Assembly: GCA_902801825.1 (NCBI GenBank)
Contig: CADCJS010000002.1
Span: 33,557-97,556, forward strand
Source: an uncultured Erysipelotrichaceae bacterium
Lineage (GTDB): Bacteria; Bacillota_I; Bacilli_A; RF39; UBA660
Reading direction: 5' to 3'
DNA length: 64,000 bases
Position numbers and translations under genes: made by a program. The notes beneath the pieces were generated by a model. The model did no database searches, was not told where the DNA came from, and worked only from the letters and a program-made list of their open reading frames with translations. Positions 1-10,248 of this stretch are shown piece by piece. Every line of letters starts with the position of its first letter. Positions within the stretch are counted from its first letter, which is position 1.

Positions 1-18
1 TAATATGATGGTGATGAA

Positions 19-285
19 ATGTATGATTTAAATGATGCTTTATATGCATCTTTAGTTTTAAATATTGATTTTTCTAAATTTAGTATTGAAGAATTTTTAG
101 ATGGTATTAATATAGAAATGGAACATGGTAAAGTAAATGAAAAAACAAATGTTACTAATGATGATTTGATTGAAACTGCTAAAATCGCACTCGCTCATTT
201 AAATGAATTTCCAAATTATTATAATAAAGAATATGGTTTAAAGACTTTTGAAGAATTTTTAAAATATCAATTAAATAACAATTAA
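19..285 (+). CDS. hypothetical small protein (88 aa)
   Basis: Complete ORF: frame 1 has a stop at 1-3. GGTGA lies 5 nt upstream of the ATG. No recognisable motif. Confidence 0.35.
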   Translation: MYDLNDALYASLVLNIDFSKFSIEEFLDGINIEMEHGKVNEKTNVTNDDLIETAKIALAHLNEFPNYYNKEYGLKTFEEFLKYQLNNN

Positions 286-342
286 AAGAAATAATTATTT
301 CTTTTTTTTCTTTTTAATTATATAATTATATTAGGTGATTTA

Positions 343-1074
343 ATGAAAGATTTGAGTTTTATAAAAGATAAATATATAATGCATAGAGGAATATTTGATA
401 ATAAAGTTACTATAGAAAATACTTTAAATGCATTTAAAAAAGCTATTAAAAAAGATTTACCTATAGAATTAGATGTGCATTTAACTAAAGATAATGAAAT
501 AATTGTTTTTCATGATGATAATATTGAAAGAATGACTGGTAAAAATAAAAATATTGTAGATATGACTTTAGATGAAATAAAAAAATTAAAATTGTTAAAT
601 ACAAGTGAAACAATTCCAACTTTAAAAGAAGTATTAGATTTAGTAGATGGTAAAGTACCTATTATTATAGAACTTAAATACGATACAAAAAAACATAAAC
701 TAGAAAAAGAAATAGTAAAATATTTAGATAATTATAAAGGAAAGTTTGCGGTTAAAAGTTTTGATCCTTTAATAGTTAATTGGTTTAAAAATAATAGAGA
801 AAACTATATTAGAGGATTATTAGTTACTAATAAAACAGATACATTATTTAAATTAATGAATAATAAATTAATACTTTTAAATCTTTGTAAACCGGACTTT
901 TTATCTGTTAGTAAAAAAATGCTAAATAACAAAAAAATAATTGCTTATAATAAGAATCATCCAGTAATCGCTTATACTATCAAGAATGAAAAAGATTTTG
1001 ATAAATATAATGATATTTTTGATAATATAATTTGTGAAAATATAAATAATTATGTTGAAAATAAAAAAATATAG
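343..1074 (+). CDS. glycerophosphodiester phosphodiesterase (GDPD family)
   Basis: The N-terminal segment 'MHRGIFDNKVTIENTLNAFKKAIKK...IELDVHLTKDNEIIVFHDDNIERMTG' matches the GlpQ/UgpQ catalytic signature (H-R ... E-x-D-V-H ... H-D). Confidence 0.75.
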   Translation: MKDLSFIKDKYIMHRGIFDNKVTIENTLNAFKKAIKKDLPIELDVHLTKDNEIIVFHDDNIERMTGKNKNIVDMTLDEIKKLKLLNTSETIPTLKEVLDLVDGKVPIIIELKYDTKKHKLEKEIVKYLDNYKGKFAVKSFDPLIVNWFKNNRENYIRGLLVTNKTDTLFKLMNNKLILLNLCKPDFLSVSKKMLNNKKIIAYNKNHPVIAYTIKNEKDFDKYNDIFDNIICENINNYVENKKI

Positions 1075-1101
1075 TATATAATTATATTAGGAGGAGTATA
1101 T

Positions 1102-2145
1102 ATGAAAAAGAAATTATTTATTTTTATATTTTTAATGTTACTTTTAATTCCTAAATCTTCTGCCTATTCAAAAGATTTAATAAAAGTTGATGAAAATGTA
1201 ACAGTTAAAAATGAAACTATTGAAGGTACTAGTTTTAATTTTGGTAATAGTGTTGATATAGAAAGTAATATCAATGGTATTTTATTTCAATTTGCAAATA
1301 ATGCGGTAAATAAATCAAATCAAGATTATTTATTCTTATTTTCTAATAATGTAACAATAGATAAGGCTACTTTTAAAGATGGATTTATATTTGGTAATAC
1401 AATTAATATAGATTCATCAAATATTCAAAGAGATGCTTATGTATTTGGTAATAATGTTAATATTAATAATAATATAGGTAGAGATTTAAAAGTATTCGCC
1501 GCAGATTCAACTATTAATGGTGTAATTAATGGAAATTTATTTATAGAAGCAGAAAATATTACAATTAGTGATGGAACAGTTGTTAAAGGAACTTTAACTT
1601 ATCCTAAGAATGCTAAAATATTTATTTCAAAAGATGCACAAATTAATAAAACAAAATTAACAGATGGAATTACAATTGATGATAAACAAGAATCTTATTT
1701 TTCTAAATTACAATCTAAATTTATATCATTTTTAAATTTATTAGTAGTAGGAATAGTATTTATGCTTGTATTTAGAAAGAAATTTGAAAATATTATCTTA
1801 AGTAAAGAAAGTATTTTCCAAAATTTAGGAATTGGTTTATTATCATTATTATTTATTCCAATCGCAAGTATATTACTATTCACAACAATAGTAGGATTTA
1901 GTTTAGGTGTTATATTAATAGGTATTTATATTTTATTAATTTATACTTCAACTTTAATTACTTCTTATTCAATATCTAATTATGTATTAAATAATAAGAT
2001 TAAGAATAAATATCTAATATTAATTATTGGATTATCAGTTATATATTTATTAAAACTAGTACCAGTTTTAGGAACTATAGTATCTTTAATATGTTTATTA
2101 TATGGATTAGGTTTTGTAACAAATTCATTTATAAAAAGAAAATAA
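1102..2145 (+). CDS. membrane protein with N-terminal signal peptide, beta-helical 'FGNxVxI' repeat domain (bactofilin/polymer-forming-like) and C-terminal multi-TM domain
   Basis: Strong RBS (AGGAGG). Hydrophobic N-terminus. An ~20-aa periodic repeat (FGNSVDI / FGNTINI / FGNNVNI / GVINGNLFI). Four or five C-terminal TM helices. Confidence 0.5.
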   Translation: MKKKLFIFIFLMLLLIPKSSAYSKDLIKVDENVTVKNETIEGTSFNFGNSVDIESNINGILFQFANNAVNKSNQDYLFLFSNNVTIDKATFKDGFIFGNTINIDSSNIQRDAYVFGNNVNINNNIGRDLKVFAADSTINGVINGNLFIEAENITISDGTVVKGTLTYPKNAKIFISKDAQINKTKLTDGITIDDKQESYFSKLQSKFISFLNLLVVGIVFMLVFRKKFENIILSKESIFQNLGIGLLSLLFIPIASILLFTTIVGFSLGVILIGIYILLIYTSTLITSYSISNYVLNNKIKNKYLILIIGLSVIYLLKLVPVLGTIVSLICLLYGLGFVTNSFIKRK

Positions 2146-2163
2146 CTTTAAAGTTATTTTTTT

Positions 2164-2409
2164 TTATAAATAATTTTCATATTTATTATATAGATTTATC
2201 AATTTTAAATAATTATTAGAACTTATATTATTTTTTAATTTATTAAAAAAATCATCTTTATTATTAAAAAATAATTCATTATCATTTTTTAATAAAGTAT
2301 ATACAATATCTAATTCATTATTATTTAAAATAATGTTTTCTTTATTTAATAAAAAAACTATATCTTCTTTAGATAAATTATTAATATATTTTATAATTAA
2401 TTCTTTCAT
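2164..2409 (-). CDS. hypothetical small protein (81 aa)
   Basis: Fills the gap between flanking genes. Low-complexity N/K-rich sequence. Could be spurious. Confidence 0.3.
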   Translation of the reverse strand: MKELIIKYINNLSKEDIVFLLNKENIILNNNELDIVYTLLKNDNELFFNNKDDFFNKLKNNISSNNYLKLINLYNKYENYL

Positions 2410-2473
2410 AAGATCACCATTAAAATATATGTATTTTATATTAAATTATAACCAAAATATAAATGGTGATTTA

Positions 2474-4450
2474 ATGAAAAATAATAATAGATTATATATA
2501 ATTATTTCTTTAATATTATTAATTTTTAGTTTTATTATTTTTAAATTATATACAATTCAAATAAAAGATAAATTTTATTATAAAAAAAGACTAGAAAAAT
2601 CTTTAATTACTAAAATATATAGTGAAGATGTTCCTAGAGGTAGAATTTATGACAGGAATTATAATTTATTAGTAGATAATGTTGGTGTTAGATCTATTGT
2701 TTTTAAAAGAATAAGTAATACAACAACTAAGGATATTTTAAAGAATATAGATATATTAAAAAATAATATTGATATAGATTCCAGTAGCGTAAAAGAATAT
2801 GATTTAAGGGAGTATTATTATTTATTAAATAGTAAAGAAATAGATGGAAGAATTAATAATAAAGAAAAAATGTCTTATAAAAAAAGAGAAATAACTAGTA
2901 ATGAATATTATAATTTAAAACTAAAAAAGATTACAAATGAAGAATTATCCAAAGTTGATAAAGATAAAGCATATTTATACTATTTATTTAATAAAGGATA
3001 TTATTATGAAGAAAAGACAATTAAAAATAATATTAGTGAAAAAGAATATGCATTTATTATAGAAAATAAAGATAAATTAAAGGGTATAGATGTTAAATTA
3101 AAATGGGAAAGAAAATATTTATATGGAAATACATTTAGAATAATGCTTGGAAATATTACTAGTTCAAGTAGTGGTTTATTAAAAGAAGAAAAAGATTATT
3201 ATTTAAAAAAAGGTTATTCTCTTAATGATAGAGTTGGTGTTAGTTATTTAGAAAAACAATATGAGTATCTTTTAAAAGGTAAAAAAACTATATATAAATT
3301 AAATAAAGATAATTCTTATTCAATTATTAAGGAAGGTGTTAGAGGTAATGATATAGTTTTAACAATAGATATTAATTTACAAAAAGAAGTAGAAAATATA
3401 TTAAAAGAAGAAGTTATTAATGCAAAAGAAAATGATTTAAATACTAATTATTATGATGGAAGTAGTGTTATTATTACTAAACCAGATACTGGTGAAATAC
3501 TTGCTTTTTCATCTATTTATTTATTATATGATAAAGATAATTATAGATTATATGATAATTCTCAAAGTTTAGTTAATAATCCAGTTACTCCAGGAAGTAT
3601 AGTTAAAGGAGCATCAATGTCTGTAGGATATAAAACAAATACTATATCAATTGGTACAAAGATGTTAGATGAATGTATAAAACTAAAAGGTGCACCATTA
3701 AAATGTTCTTGGAGTAGTAATTTAGGCATATTAGATGATTCTAGTGCGATTATGTATTCATCTAATTCTTATCAATATAAAATTGCTTTAAGTATATATG
3801 ATAAGAATAAAGAAAATTCATTTAATATATATAGAGATATGTTTAATCAATATGGGTTAGGTGTTAAGTCACAAATAGATTTACCTAATGAATCACTTGG
3901 TAATAAAGGTATAAAAACTGATAAAGGATTATTATTAGATTACTCAATAGGTCAATATGATACATATACTCCAGTACAAATTGCTAGTTATATTAGTACA
4001 ATAGCTAGTAGTGGCAATAGATATAAATTACATTTCTTAAAAGAAATAAGAAATCCATCTACTAATAATGAAATAGGTGCTATTAAAAAAACAATTAAAC
4101 CAGTATTAATTAATAAAGTTAATTTAGATGATAATTATATTCAAAGAATTAGATATAGTTTTACTAGAGTTATGACTAGTTTAGGATATGGATATATGGG
4201 AGATAATATAAATCCTGCTGGTAAAACAGGTACTGCACAAAGTTTTAAAGACATAGATGGTGATGGAAACATAGATGTTGAAACTTTATCAAAAGCATTT
4301 GTTGGTTATGCACCTAGTGATAATCCTAAATTTGCGCTTGTTGTTCTTTCTCCTAATGTAAGATATAGTAAGAATAGTAAATATACTTCACCCGTAAATT
4401 TTAAAATAAGTAAAAGAGTATCAAATAAAGTATTTGAAATTTTAAAATAA
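2474..4450 (+). CDS. penicillin-binding protein 2 / class B PBP transpeptidase (SpoVD/FtsI-like)
   Basis: N-terminal TM anchor, dimerisation domain and transpeptidase domain (SxxK-type context 'TPGSIVKG', 'KTGTAQ' KTG motif). Start moved to the ATG at 2474 (GGTGA RBS), because the track start at 2333 overlaps the antisense ORF. Confidence 0.8.
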   Translation: MKNNNRLYIIISLILLIFSFIIFKLYTIQIKDKFYYKKRLEKSLITKIYSEDVPRGRIYDRNYNLLVDNVGVRSIVFKRISNTTTKDILKNIDILKNNIDIDSSSVKEYDLREYYYLLNSKEIDGRINNKEKMSYKKREITSNEYYNLKLKKITNEELSKVDKDKAYLYYLFNKGYYYEEKTIKNNISEKEYAFIIENKDKLKGIDVKLKWERKYLYGNTFRIMLGNITSSSSGLLKEEKDYYLKKGYSLNDRVGVSYLEKQYEYLLKGKKTIYKLNKDNSYSIIKEGVRGNDIVLTIDINLQKEVENILKEEVINAKENDLNTNYYDGSSVIITKPDTGEILAFSSIYLLYDKDNYRLYDNSQSLVNNPVTPGSIVKGASMSVGYKTNTISIGTKMLDECIKLKGAPLKCSWSSNLGILDDSSAIMYSSNSYQYKIALSIYDKNKENSFNIYRDMFNQYGLGVKSQIDLPNESLGNKGIKTDKGLLLDYSIGQYDTYTPVQIASYISTIASSGNRYKLHFLKEIRNPSTNNEIGAIKKTIKPVLINKVNLDDNYIQRIRYSFTRVMTSLGYGYMGDNINPAGKTGTAQSFKDIDGDGNIDVETLSKAFVGYAPSDNPKFALVVLSPNVRYSKNSKYTSPVNFKISKRVSNKVFEILK

Positions 4451-4493
4451 TATGATATAATTATTTAAGTTATCAAAAGAGGAGGAGTTTAAA

Positions 4494-4688
4494 GTGGCAA
4501 ATTCAAAGAAAAATAAAGATGCTAGAAGATATGTTGCATTAGAATGTACTGAATGTAAAAGTAATGACAAAGTTTCTAGAGAAAATTATTTTGTAGAAAA
4601 AAATACACATAATACTACTGATCGTCTAGAATTAAATAAATATTGTCCTAAATGTAAAAAACATACTATACATAGAGAGAAAAAATAA
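4494..4688 (+). CDS. rpmG: 50S ribosomal protein L33
   Basis: 64 aa with a C4 zinc ribbon (CTEC...CPKC). GAGGAGG RBS. Confidence 0.85.
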   Translation: MANSKKNKDARRYVALECTECKSNDKVSRENYFVEKNTHNTTDRLELNKYCPKCKKHTIHREKK

Positions 4689-4707
4689 GCTTGACTTATT
4701 TTTTTAG

Positions 4708-5625
4708 GTGGTTAAAATGAAAAAAATAATTGTAATTGGTTTTGGTAATGTAGGTAAAAACTATGTTAATTATTTAGTAAATGAAGTTGATGCATCTTAT
4801 GATATAGGTATAATTGATAAAGATAGAGATACTGCTTTAGGTAATATAATGGATTTAAATCATGAACTTGTTTTAAATAATAAAAATAGTAAAGTTAAAA
4901 TGAGTGAATATGATGATTGTTTTAATGCAGATATAGTTGTTATAACAGCAGGTGTTAAACAAAAAGTAGATCAAACTAGAGCTGAATTATTAAAAGATAA
5001 TACTATTATTATTAAAGATATAACTAATAGAGTTGTTGAAAGTGGTTTTAATGGTATTTTTATAGTCGCAACTAATCCAGTAGATATAATGTCATATTTA
5101 GTTAGAAAAGTAAGTAATTTTCCATCTAATAAAGTTATAGGAACTGGTACTATGGTTGATACAGCTAGATTAAAATACTTATTAGGAAATAAGATTAATG
5201 TTAATCCAAATAATATTCATGCATATGTATTAGGAGAACATTCAAATACTTGTTTTTCTGTTTGGTCAAAAGCTAGTATTGGTATGGTAAAAGTAAGTAG
5301 TAAAGTTGAAGAAGAAGACTTAGATGCAATAATGATTGAAACTAAAAGTATACCTTTTAAAATTATAAAATATAAAAATGAAACTAGTTATTTAGTGGCA
5401 ATGAGTTTAGTAAAAATAACAAAAGCAATTGTTCACGATGAAAATGTTATTTTAACAGTATCATCTTTATATGATAATGTATATGTATCTATGCCATTTA
5501 TAATAGGAAAAAATGGTGTTAAAGGTGTTATGAAATTAGATTTTACTCAAGAAGAAGAAGAAAATTTAACAAAGTCAATTAATGGAATTAAAGAAAATAT
5601 TAGAAAAATGGAGGAATTATTATGA
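4708..5625 (+). CDS. ldh: L-lactate dehydrogenase
   Basis: Rossmann fold 'IVIGFGNVGKNY'. 'ITAGVKQK' carries the LDH-type Gln rather than Arg at the substrate-specificity position. 'GEHSNT' active-site loop. Confidence 0.75.
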   Translation: MVKMKKIIVIGFGNVGKNYVNYLVNEVDASYDIGIIDKDRDTALGNIMDLNHELVLNNKNSKVKMSEYDDCFNADIVVITAGVKQKVDQTRAELLKDNTIIIKDITNRVVESGFNGIFIVATNPVDIMSYLVRKVSNFPSNKVIGTGTMVDTARLKYLLGNKINVNPNNIHAYVLGEHSNTCFSVWSKASIGMVKVSSKVEEEDLDAIMIETKSIPFKIIKYKNETSYLVAMSLVKITKAIVHDENVILTVSSLYDNVYVSMPFIIGKNGVKGVMKLDFTQEEEENLTKSINGIKENIRKMEELL

Positions 5626-6182
5626 TGATAGATATTAATGACATCAAAAATGGTATGACAATCATTTTAGATGGTCAAATTTATCAAATAGTTGATTTTT
5701 TACATGTTAAACCAGGTAAAGGATCTGCTTTCATGAAAATGAAATTAAAAAATTTACGTGCAGGAACTACTTTAGATAAAACATTAAACACAAATATTAA
5801 AATAGAAAAAGCTAATATAACTAAAAAAACTATGAGTTATTTATATTCAACAAATGATGAATTTGTGTTTATGGATATGAATACTTATGATCAAGTTAGT
5901 TTAACTAAAAAACAAATAGAAGAAGAAAGTAAATTTTTAAAAGAAAATTTAGAAGTAGAAGTAGTTTACTTTGGTGATGAATTATTAGGTTTAAATTTAC
6001 CAGAAAAAATTGATTATGTAGTAACATCAACTACTGATGCAGTTAAAGGTAATACATCAACTAATGCACTTAAAGATGCTGAACTTGAAAATGGTTTAGT
6101 TGTTAAAGTACCATTATTTATTAATAATAATGATGAAATTATTGTATCTACTAAAGATGGTAAATATGTTTCAAGAAAGTAA
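5622..6182 (+). CDS. efp: elongation factor P
   Basis: 'KPGKGSAF' loop carrying the modified Lys. Length 186 aa. Confidence 0.9.
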   Translation: MMIDINDIKNGMTIILDGQIYQIVDFLHVKPGKGSAFMKMKLKNLRAGTTLDKTLNTNIKIEKANITKKTMSYLYSTNDEFVFMDMNTYDQVSLTKKQIEEESKFLKENLEVEVVYFGDELLGLNLPEKIDYVVTSTTDAVKGNTSTNALKDAELENGLVVKVPLFINNNDEIIVSTKDGKYVSRK

Positions 6183-6252
6183 TATACTTTCTTTTTTTAT
6201 GTAATATATTTTAAAAATTATTAATATATTTATAATAAAGATTGGAGGCACT

Positions 6253-6738
6253 ATGATTAATAAACAAAGTATTTGGGCTTTATCTTTATTTAGTTTAATA
6301 TTAGTTTTAAGTGTTTATTATATAACTATACCTAATGAATTACCTGTAAGTAAAACAAAAAATAATGATGTCAAAGTAGAAAAAATTGATAATAATAGTA
6401 CAATTCAAACTTTAAAGGTTGAAAAGAAAGAAGAATTAGATAAAAAGAGTGATGAATTAAAGAAAATATTAACTGATAAAAACAAAACGCAAGAAGAAAA
6501 GAATAATGCTTATGAAGAATTAAAATTATTAAATGTTTTAAAAGGTAAAGAAGATGAAATAGAATTATACATAAAAGATAAATATAAATTGGATAATTAT
6601 GTAAAAATAAATAATGATCAAGTCAGAGTAGTTATTATTAAGAAAGAAAAAAATGATAAATTAGCCGCTCAACTAATGGATACAGTACAATCTTATTTTA
6701 ATGAAAAAATGTATATTAGTGTTAAATTTGATAATTAA
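6253..6738 (+). CDS. membrane-anchored coiled-coil protein (possibly SpoIIIAH-like)
   Basis: N-terminal TM helix, K/E-rich coiled coil and C-terminal beta-rich domain. Its position after efp recalls the efp-spoIIIA neighbourhood of Bacilli. The identification is weak. Confidence 0.35.
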   Translation: MINKQSIWALSLFSLILVLSVYYITIPNELPVSKTKNNDVKVEKIDNNSTIQTLKVEKKEELDKKSDELKKILTDKNKTQEEKNNAYEELKLLNVLKGKEDEIELYIKDKYKLDNYVKINNDQVRVVIIKKEKNDKLAAQLMDTVQSYFNEKMYISVKFDN

Positions 6739-6816
6739 TCTTAATTCACAAAAAATATATTAAAACATATAATAATATGAGTAATTGATATATACCTCTT
6801 TAGAAAGTGAGTAAAT

Positions 6817-7023
6817 ATGAATAAAGGAATTTTAACAAAAAGAGAAAAAGAAGTATTTGAATTATTAATTAAAAATTTAACTACTAAGGAAATAGCAATT
6901 GAATTGAATATAAGTGAAAAAACAGTAAGAAATCATATTTCTAATGTTATGCAGAAACTTGGTGTAAAAGGTAGAAGTAGTGCGGTAGTAGAATTACTTA
7001 AATTAAATGAATTATCATTATAG
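6817..7023 (+). CDS. LuxR/GerE-family HTH transcriptional regulator
   Basis: 68-aa single-domain protein. 'TKEIAIELNISEKTVRNHISNVMQKLGV' is a LuxR-type HTH, the size and shape of GerE. Confidence 0.75.
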   Translation: MNKGILTKREKEVFELLIKNLTTKEIAIELNISEKTVRNHISNVMQKLGVKGRSSAVVELLKLNELSL

Positions 7024-7073
7024 ATAATTCATTTTTTTATCTATTAATCATATTATTAATTAGGTGATTTATA

Positions 7074-7958
7074 TTGATAAAAAATAATTCTATTAATAGA
7101 ATACTTAAAACAACTATATTATTAATCGCACTTATTATTTTTTTAAAATTTCCAAGTAAGAATAAGTATTCTTTAAAAACAAAAAAAGTAATGAAAAATA
7201 ATAATTATCATGATATATTTTTACTTGATGAAAATGATTATTTATCTAAAACAACTGTACCAATAAATAATGAAGAAACAATATATTTAAAAGATGAATT
7301 ATTAAATATATTGAAATGTAATAAAGAAAATAATAAAATTTTAAATGGATTTAAATGTGTTATACCAAATAATTTAGATATTAAAAGTAAAATAAATAAT
7401 GATAGTATAGATATATATTTATCAAAAGAATTTAGTAATTATTCAGATTCAATTAAAGAAAAAATAATTGAGAGTATAGTTTATACATTAACAAGTATTA
7501 ATAGTATAAATAATATAAATATTTATGTTGATAATAATTTATATAAAGAAAATTTAAATAGAAGCTATGGTATTAATAAAAAATATGATTTATCATCTTT
7601 AAATGACATTAATAATGTAACAATATATTATATTAATAAAATAAATGATTATGAGTATTATATACCAGTAACAAAATATACAAATAGTAATGAAGATAAA
7701 ATAAAAGTAATAATTGAAGAATTATCCAGTAAAAGTTCTTATGAATCAAATTTAATGAGCTATTTAAATTATGAAACTAAATTAATTAATTATGATTTAG
7801 ATGGTGATAAATTAGATTTATATTTTAATGAATATTTATTTGATAATTCAAAAGATAAAAAGGTGTTAGAAGAAGTTATATATAGTATTAAATATTCTTT
7901 GCAAGACACAATTAATGTTAGTAATATTAATATTTTTGTAAATAATCAAGAAATTTAA
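7074..7958 (+). CDS. membrane-anchored hypothetical protein (GerM-like?)
   Basis: N-terminal TM helix followed by a large N/I/K-rich extracytoplasmic domain. No catalytic motif. Confidence 0.4.
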   Translation: MIKNNSINRILKTTILLIALIIFLKFPSKNKYSLKTKKVMKNNNYHDIFLLDENDYLSKTTVPINNEETIYLKDELLNILKCNKENNKILNGFKCVIPNNLDIKSKINNDSIDIYLSKEFSNYSDSIKEKIIESIVYTLTSINSINNINIYVDNNLYKENLNRSYGINKKYDLSSLNDINNVTIYYINKINDYEYYIPVTKYTNSNEDKIKVIIEELSSKSSYESNLMSYLNYETKLINYDLDGDKLDLYFNEYLFDNSKDKKVLEEVIYSIKYSLQDTINVSNINIFVNNQEI

Positions 7959-8043
7959 TCATTTTTTCTTGAAAAAAATAATATTTTATTATATAATTTA
8001 TTTGTCTTATGAAAAGACACTGTGCCTCAGTAGCTCAGTTGGA

Positions 8044-8120
8044 TAGAGCAACGCCCTTCTAAGGCGGCGGTCAGGGGTTCGAATCCCTTCTGGGGCACCA
8101 TAATAAAAATATTCGAATTG
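8044..8120 (+). tRNA. tRNA-Arg (anticodon TCT)
   Basis: Acceptor stem GCCTCAG/CTGGGGC with a 3' CCA. D-arm TAGCTCAGTTGGATAGAGCA. Anticodon loop CTTCTAA. T-arm GGTTCGAATCC. Confidence 0.85.
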
Positions 8121-8139
8121 TATTCGATTTAAATAAAAA

Positions 8140-8174
8140 TGCACAATACGTTTGAAATATTGTGCATTTTTTAT
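8140..8174 (+). terminator. rho-independent terminator after tRNA-Arg
   Basis: tgcacaata-N9-tattgtgca hairpin followed by TTTTTTAT. Confidence 0.6.
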
Positions 8175-8235
8175 TTACTTTAATGAATAAACATGATGTG
8201 TTTTTATCCACTAATGTTGAATATTATAGAACTAT

Positions 8236-8266
8236 ATCAATTCTAGAAATAGAATTGATTTTTTTA
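8236..8266 (+). terminator. second rho-independent terminator (atcaattcta-gaa-tagaattgat + T7)
   Basis: Perfect 10-bp inverted repeat plus a T-run about 60 nt downstream of the first terminator. Confidence 0.55.
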
Positions 8267-8426
8267 TAATAAAATTAAAAGAGATGAATCATGATAAATA
8301 AAATTTTGATAATATAGTAATTAATTAATTTTAATCTTTAAAAAAATTAAATCCACTTAAAAATATTTAATAGACTTGTATATTAAGTATGATAATGATA
8401 AAATATAAAATCGTGGAGGTTTATTT

Positions 8427-9668
8427 ATGAATGAAAAATATTTAATAATTAATGCTGGAAGTTCATCATTAAAATTTTCTTTATATTTGATGCCAGAACA
8501 AATAGAATTAATAAATGGTTTGGTAGAAAAAATTGGAAAAGAAGATAGTTGTTACACTTTAAAATTTAATAATCAAAAAATAGAAAAGAATAGATTTATA
8601 AATAATCATACAGAAGCTGTTAAGGTTATGTTAGAAGAATTAATTGCGTACAATTTAATTGATAGCGTGGAAGATATTAAAGGAATTGGACATCGTGTAT
8701 TACATGGTGGTGAATTTTATTCAGATTCAGTAATAATAGATGATGATGTATTATCAAATATTAAATCTTTAACAAAATTAGGGCCTTTACATCATCCTGG
8801 AGAGATAGCAGGTATTGAAAGTATGAAGGAGGTATTACCAACTGTTCCACAAGTTGCTGTATTTGATACTGCATTTCATCAAACAATGCCAATTGAAAAT
8901 TATATGTATGCTGTACCATATGATTGGTATGAAGAAAATGGTGTTAGAAAGTATGGATTTCATGGAACTAGCCATAAATATATAACAGAAAAAATGCAAT
9001 CTATTTTGAATAAAGATGAACCAAATTTAATTATATGTCATATAGGTAGTGGAGCAAGCATTTCATGCATCCAAAATGGAAAATGTATTGATACTACAAT
9101 GGGATTAACTCCTTTGGATGGGTTAATTATGGGAACAAGATCAGGAACCATTGATAGTTCAATAATAGAATATATAAGTAAAGAAAGAAATCTATCTATA
9201 GAACAAATAACATCTATACTAAATAAGAATAGTGGATTAATTGGTATTACAGGGAAGAATGATTTTAGAGATTTAGAATCTTTAGCAAATAATGGTGATA
9301 AGAAAGCGCAATTGGCAATGCAAATGATGAAAAAGTCAATTATTAAATATATTGCACAATATTACTTTGAATTAGATGGTAATCTTGATGCTATTGTATT
9401 TACTGCTGGAATTGGAGAAAATGCTATTTCACTAAGAGAAAATTTAGTCAAATCATTATCAAATATCATGGGTATAGAATTAGATCAAGAGGCTAATAAT
9501 AACATTTCTAAATATAAATCAAATCAATCAGGTTTTATATCAAAGCCAGAATCAAAAACCAAAGTTATTGTTTTACCAACTAATGAAGAATATATGATAT
9601 TAAAAGATACTTATAATTTGAGTAAACAGTTAAAAGAAAAAAATTATCAAAAGGTATTAAAAAGATAG
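8427..9668 (+). CDS. ackA: acetate kinase
   Basis: 'INAGSSSLKF' N-terminal motif, 'HGTSH' and 'DTAFHQT' motifs. 413 aa. Confidence 0.9.
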   Translation: MNEKYLIINAGSSSLKFSLYLMPEQIELINGLVEKIGKEDSCYTLKFNNQKIEKNRFINNHTEAVKVMLEELIAYNLIDSVEDIKGIGHRVLHGGEFYSDSVIIDDDVLSNIKSLTKLGPLHHPGEIAGIESMKEVLPTVPQVAVFDTAFHQTMPIENYMYAVPYDWYEENGVRKYGFHGTSHKYITEKMQSILNKDEPNLIICHIGSGASISCIQNGKCIDTTMGLTPLDGLIMGTRSGTIDSSIIEYISKERNLSIEQITSILNKNSGLIGITGKNDFRDLESLANNGDKKAQLAMQMMKKSIIKYIAQYYFELDGNLDAIVFTAGIGENAISLRENLVKSLSNIMGIELDQEANNNISKYKSNQSGFISKPESKTKVIVLPTNEEYMILKDTYNLSKQLKEKNYQKVLKR

Positions 9669-9840
9669 TTTTTGGAGTCTAAATGAATAGAATTGAAATT
9701 GATGAACGAGATATAATTGACTTTATTTTTGACACTTTGTACTCATCATTAGAAAAATAAGATAAATGTTGATATTTTAAGATATTAAAAAAATGTATTT
9801 TATGATATAATTAACTAGTAAATATTAAGGAGGCGTTAAA

Positions 9841-10248
9841 GTGTATATATTAATTACAATTATTATCATCATTATTATTGGAGGGCTTGGAGGTTTGTTC
9901 TATTATTTTTATAAAAAAACTAATGAATTAGTAGCTGAGTTAATTGCGTCGTTAAGTGAAGAACAAAAGAATAGACTTGCTAGTACTGATGTAATTTTTG
10001 AAGGAACAAATGAATGGACACAAGATGCTATTATTGCAAAAGTAATTGATAAAGGAAATAAAGTTTCTTTAAAACTTTTATGGTTTAATAAAACTATTCA
10101 AAATAATTACTATAATAAATTAGAAATTGCTGAAATGTCTATTAGTAAAAAAGAATTTATAGATCATAATCTTGCCGAAGGTTCTTTTGTAAAATTGCAT
10201 ATTGCTCCAGAAAAAACAATAGGAAGTACTACTATTAGATATGAATAA
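9841..10248 (+). CDS. hypothetical single-TM protein
   Basis: GTG start with an AGGAGG RBS. Poly-Ile TM helix. Translationally coupled to the next ORF. Confidence 0.45.
   Translation: MYILITIIIIIIIGGLGGLFYYFYKKTNELVAELIASLSEEQKNRLASTDVIFEGTNEWTQDAIIAKVIDKGNKVSLKLLWFNKTIQNNYYNKLEIAEMSISKKEFIDHNLAEGSFVKLHIAPEKTIGSTTIRYE

Noticed and set aside
1695-1883. Short antisense ORFs overlapping real genes. The same applies to 11133-11363, 12429-12614, 13450-13707, 18184-18528, 19617-19811, 20837-21052, 24901-25089, 28337-28564, 31452-31661, 32928-33374, 37487-37672, 41126-41314, 41525-42016, 42275-42490, 43419-43619, 47607-47804, 47853-48095, 48586-48867, 55509-55733 and 58472-58729.
   Set aside because: All lie inside or antisense to well-supported genes. 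They are low-complexity I/L/N/K/S-rich products expected by chance in a ~75-80% AT sequence, and they have no RBS.
2333-2473. Long N-terminal extension of the PBP ORF, the track start at 2333
   Set aside because: The extension overlaps the antisense small ORF and has no RBS. The ATG at 2474 has a GGTGA RBS and begins directly with the expected basic-plus-TM anchor.
9700-9780. 25-codon ORF (MNRIEIDERDIIDFIFDTLYSSLEK) downstream of ackA
   Set aside because: No RBS and too short to judge. Probably non-coding 3' region.
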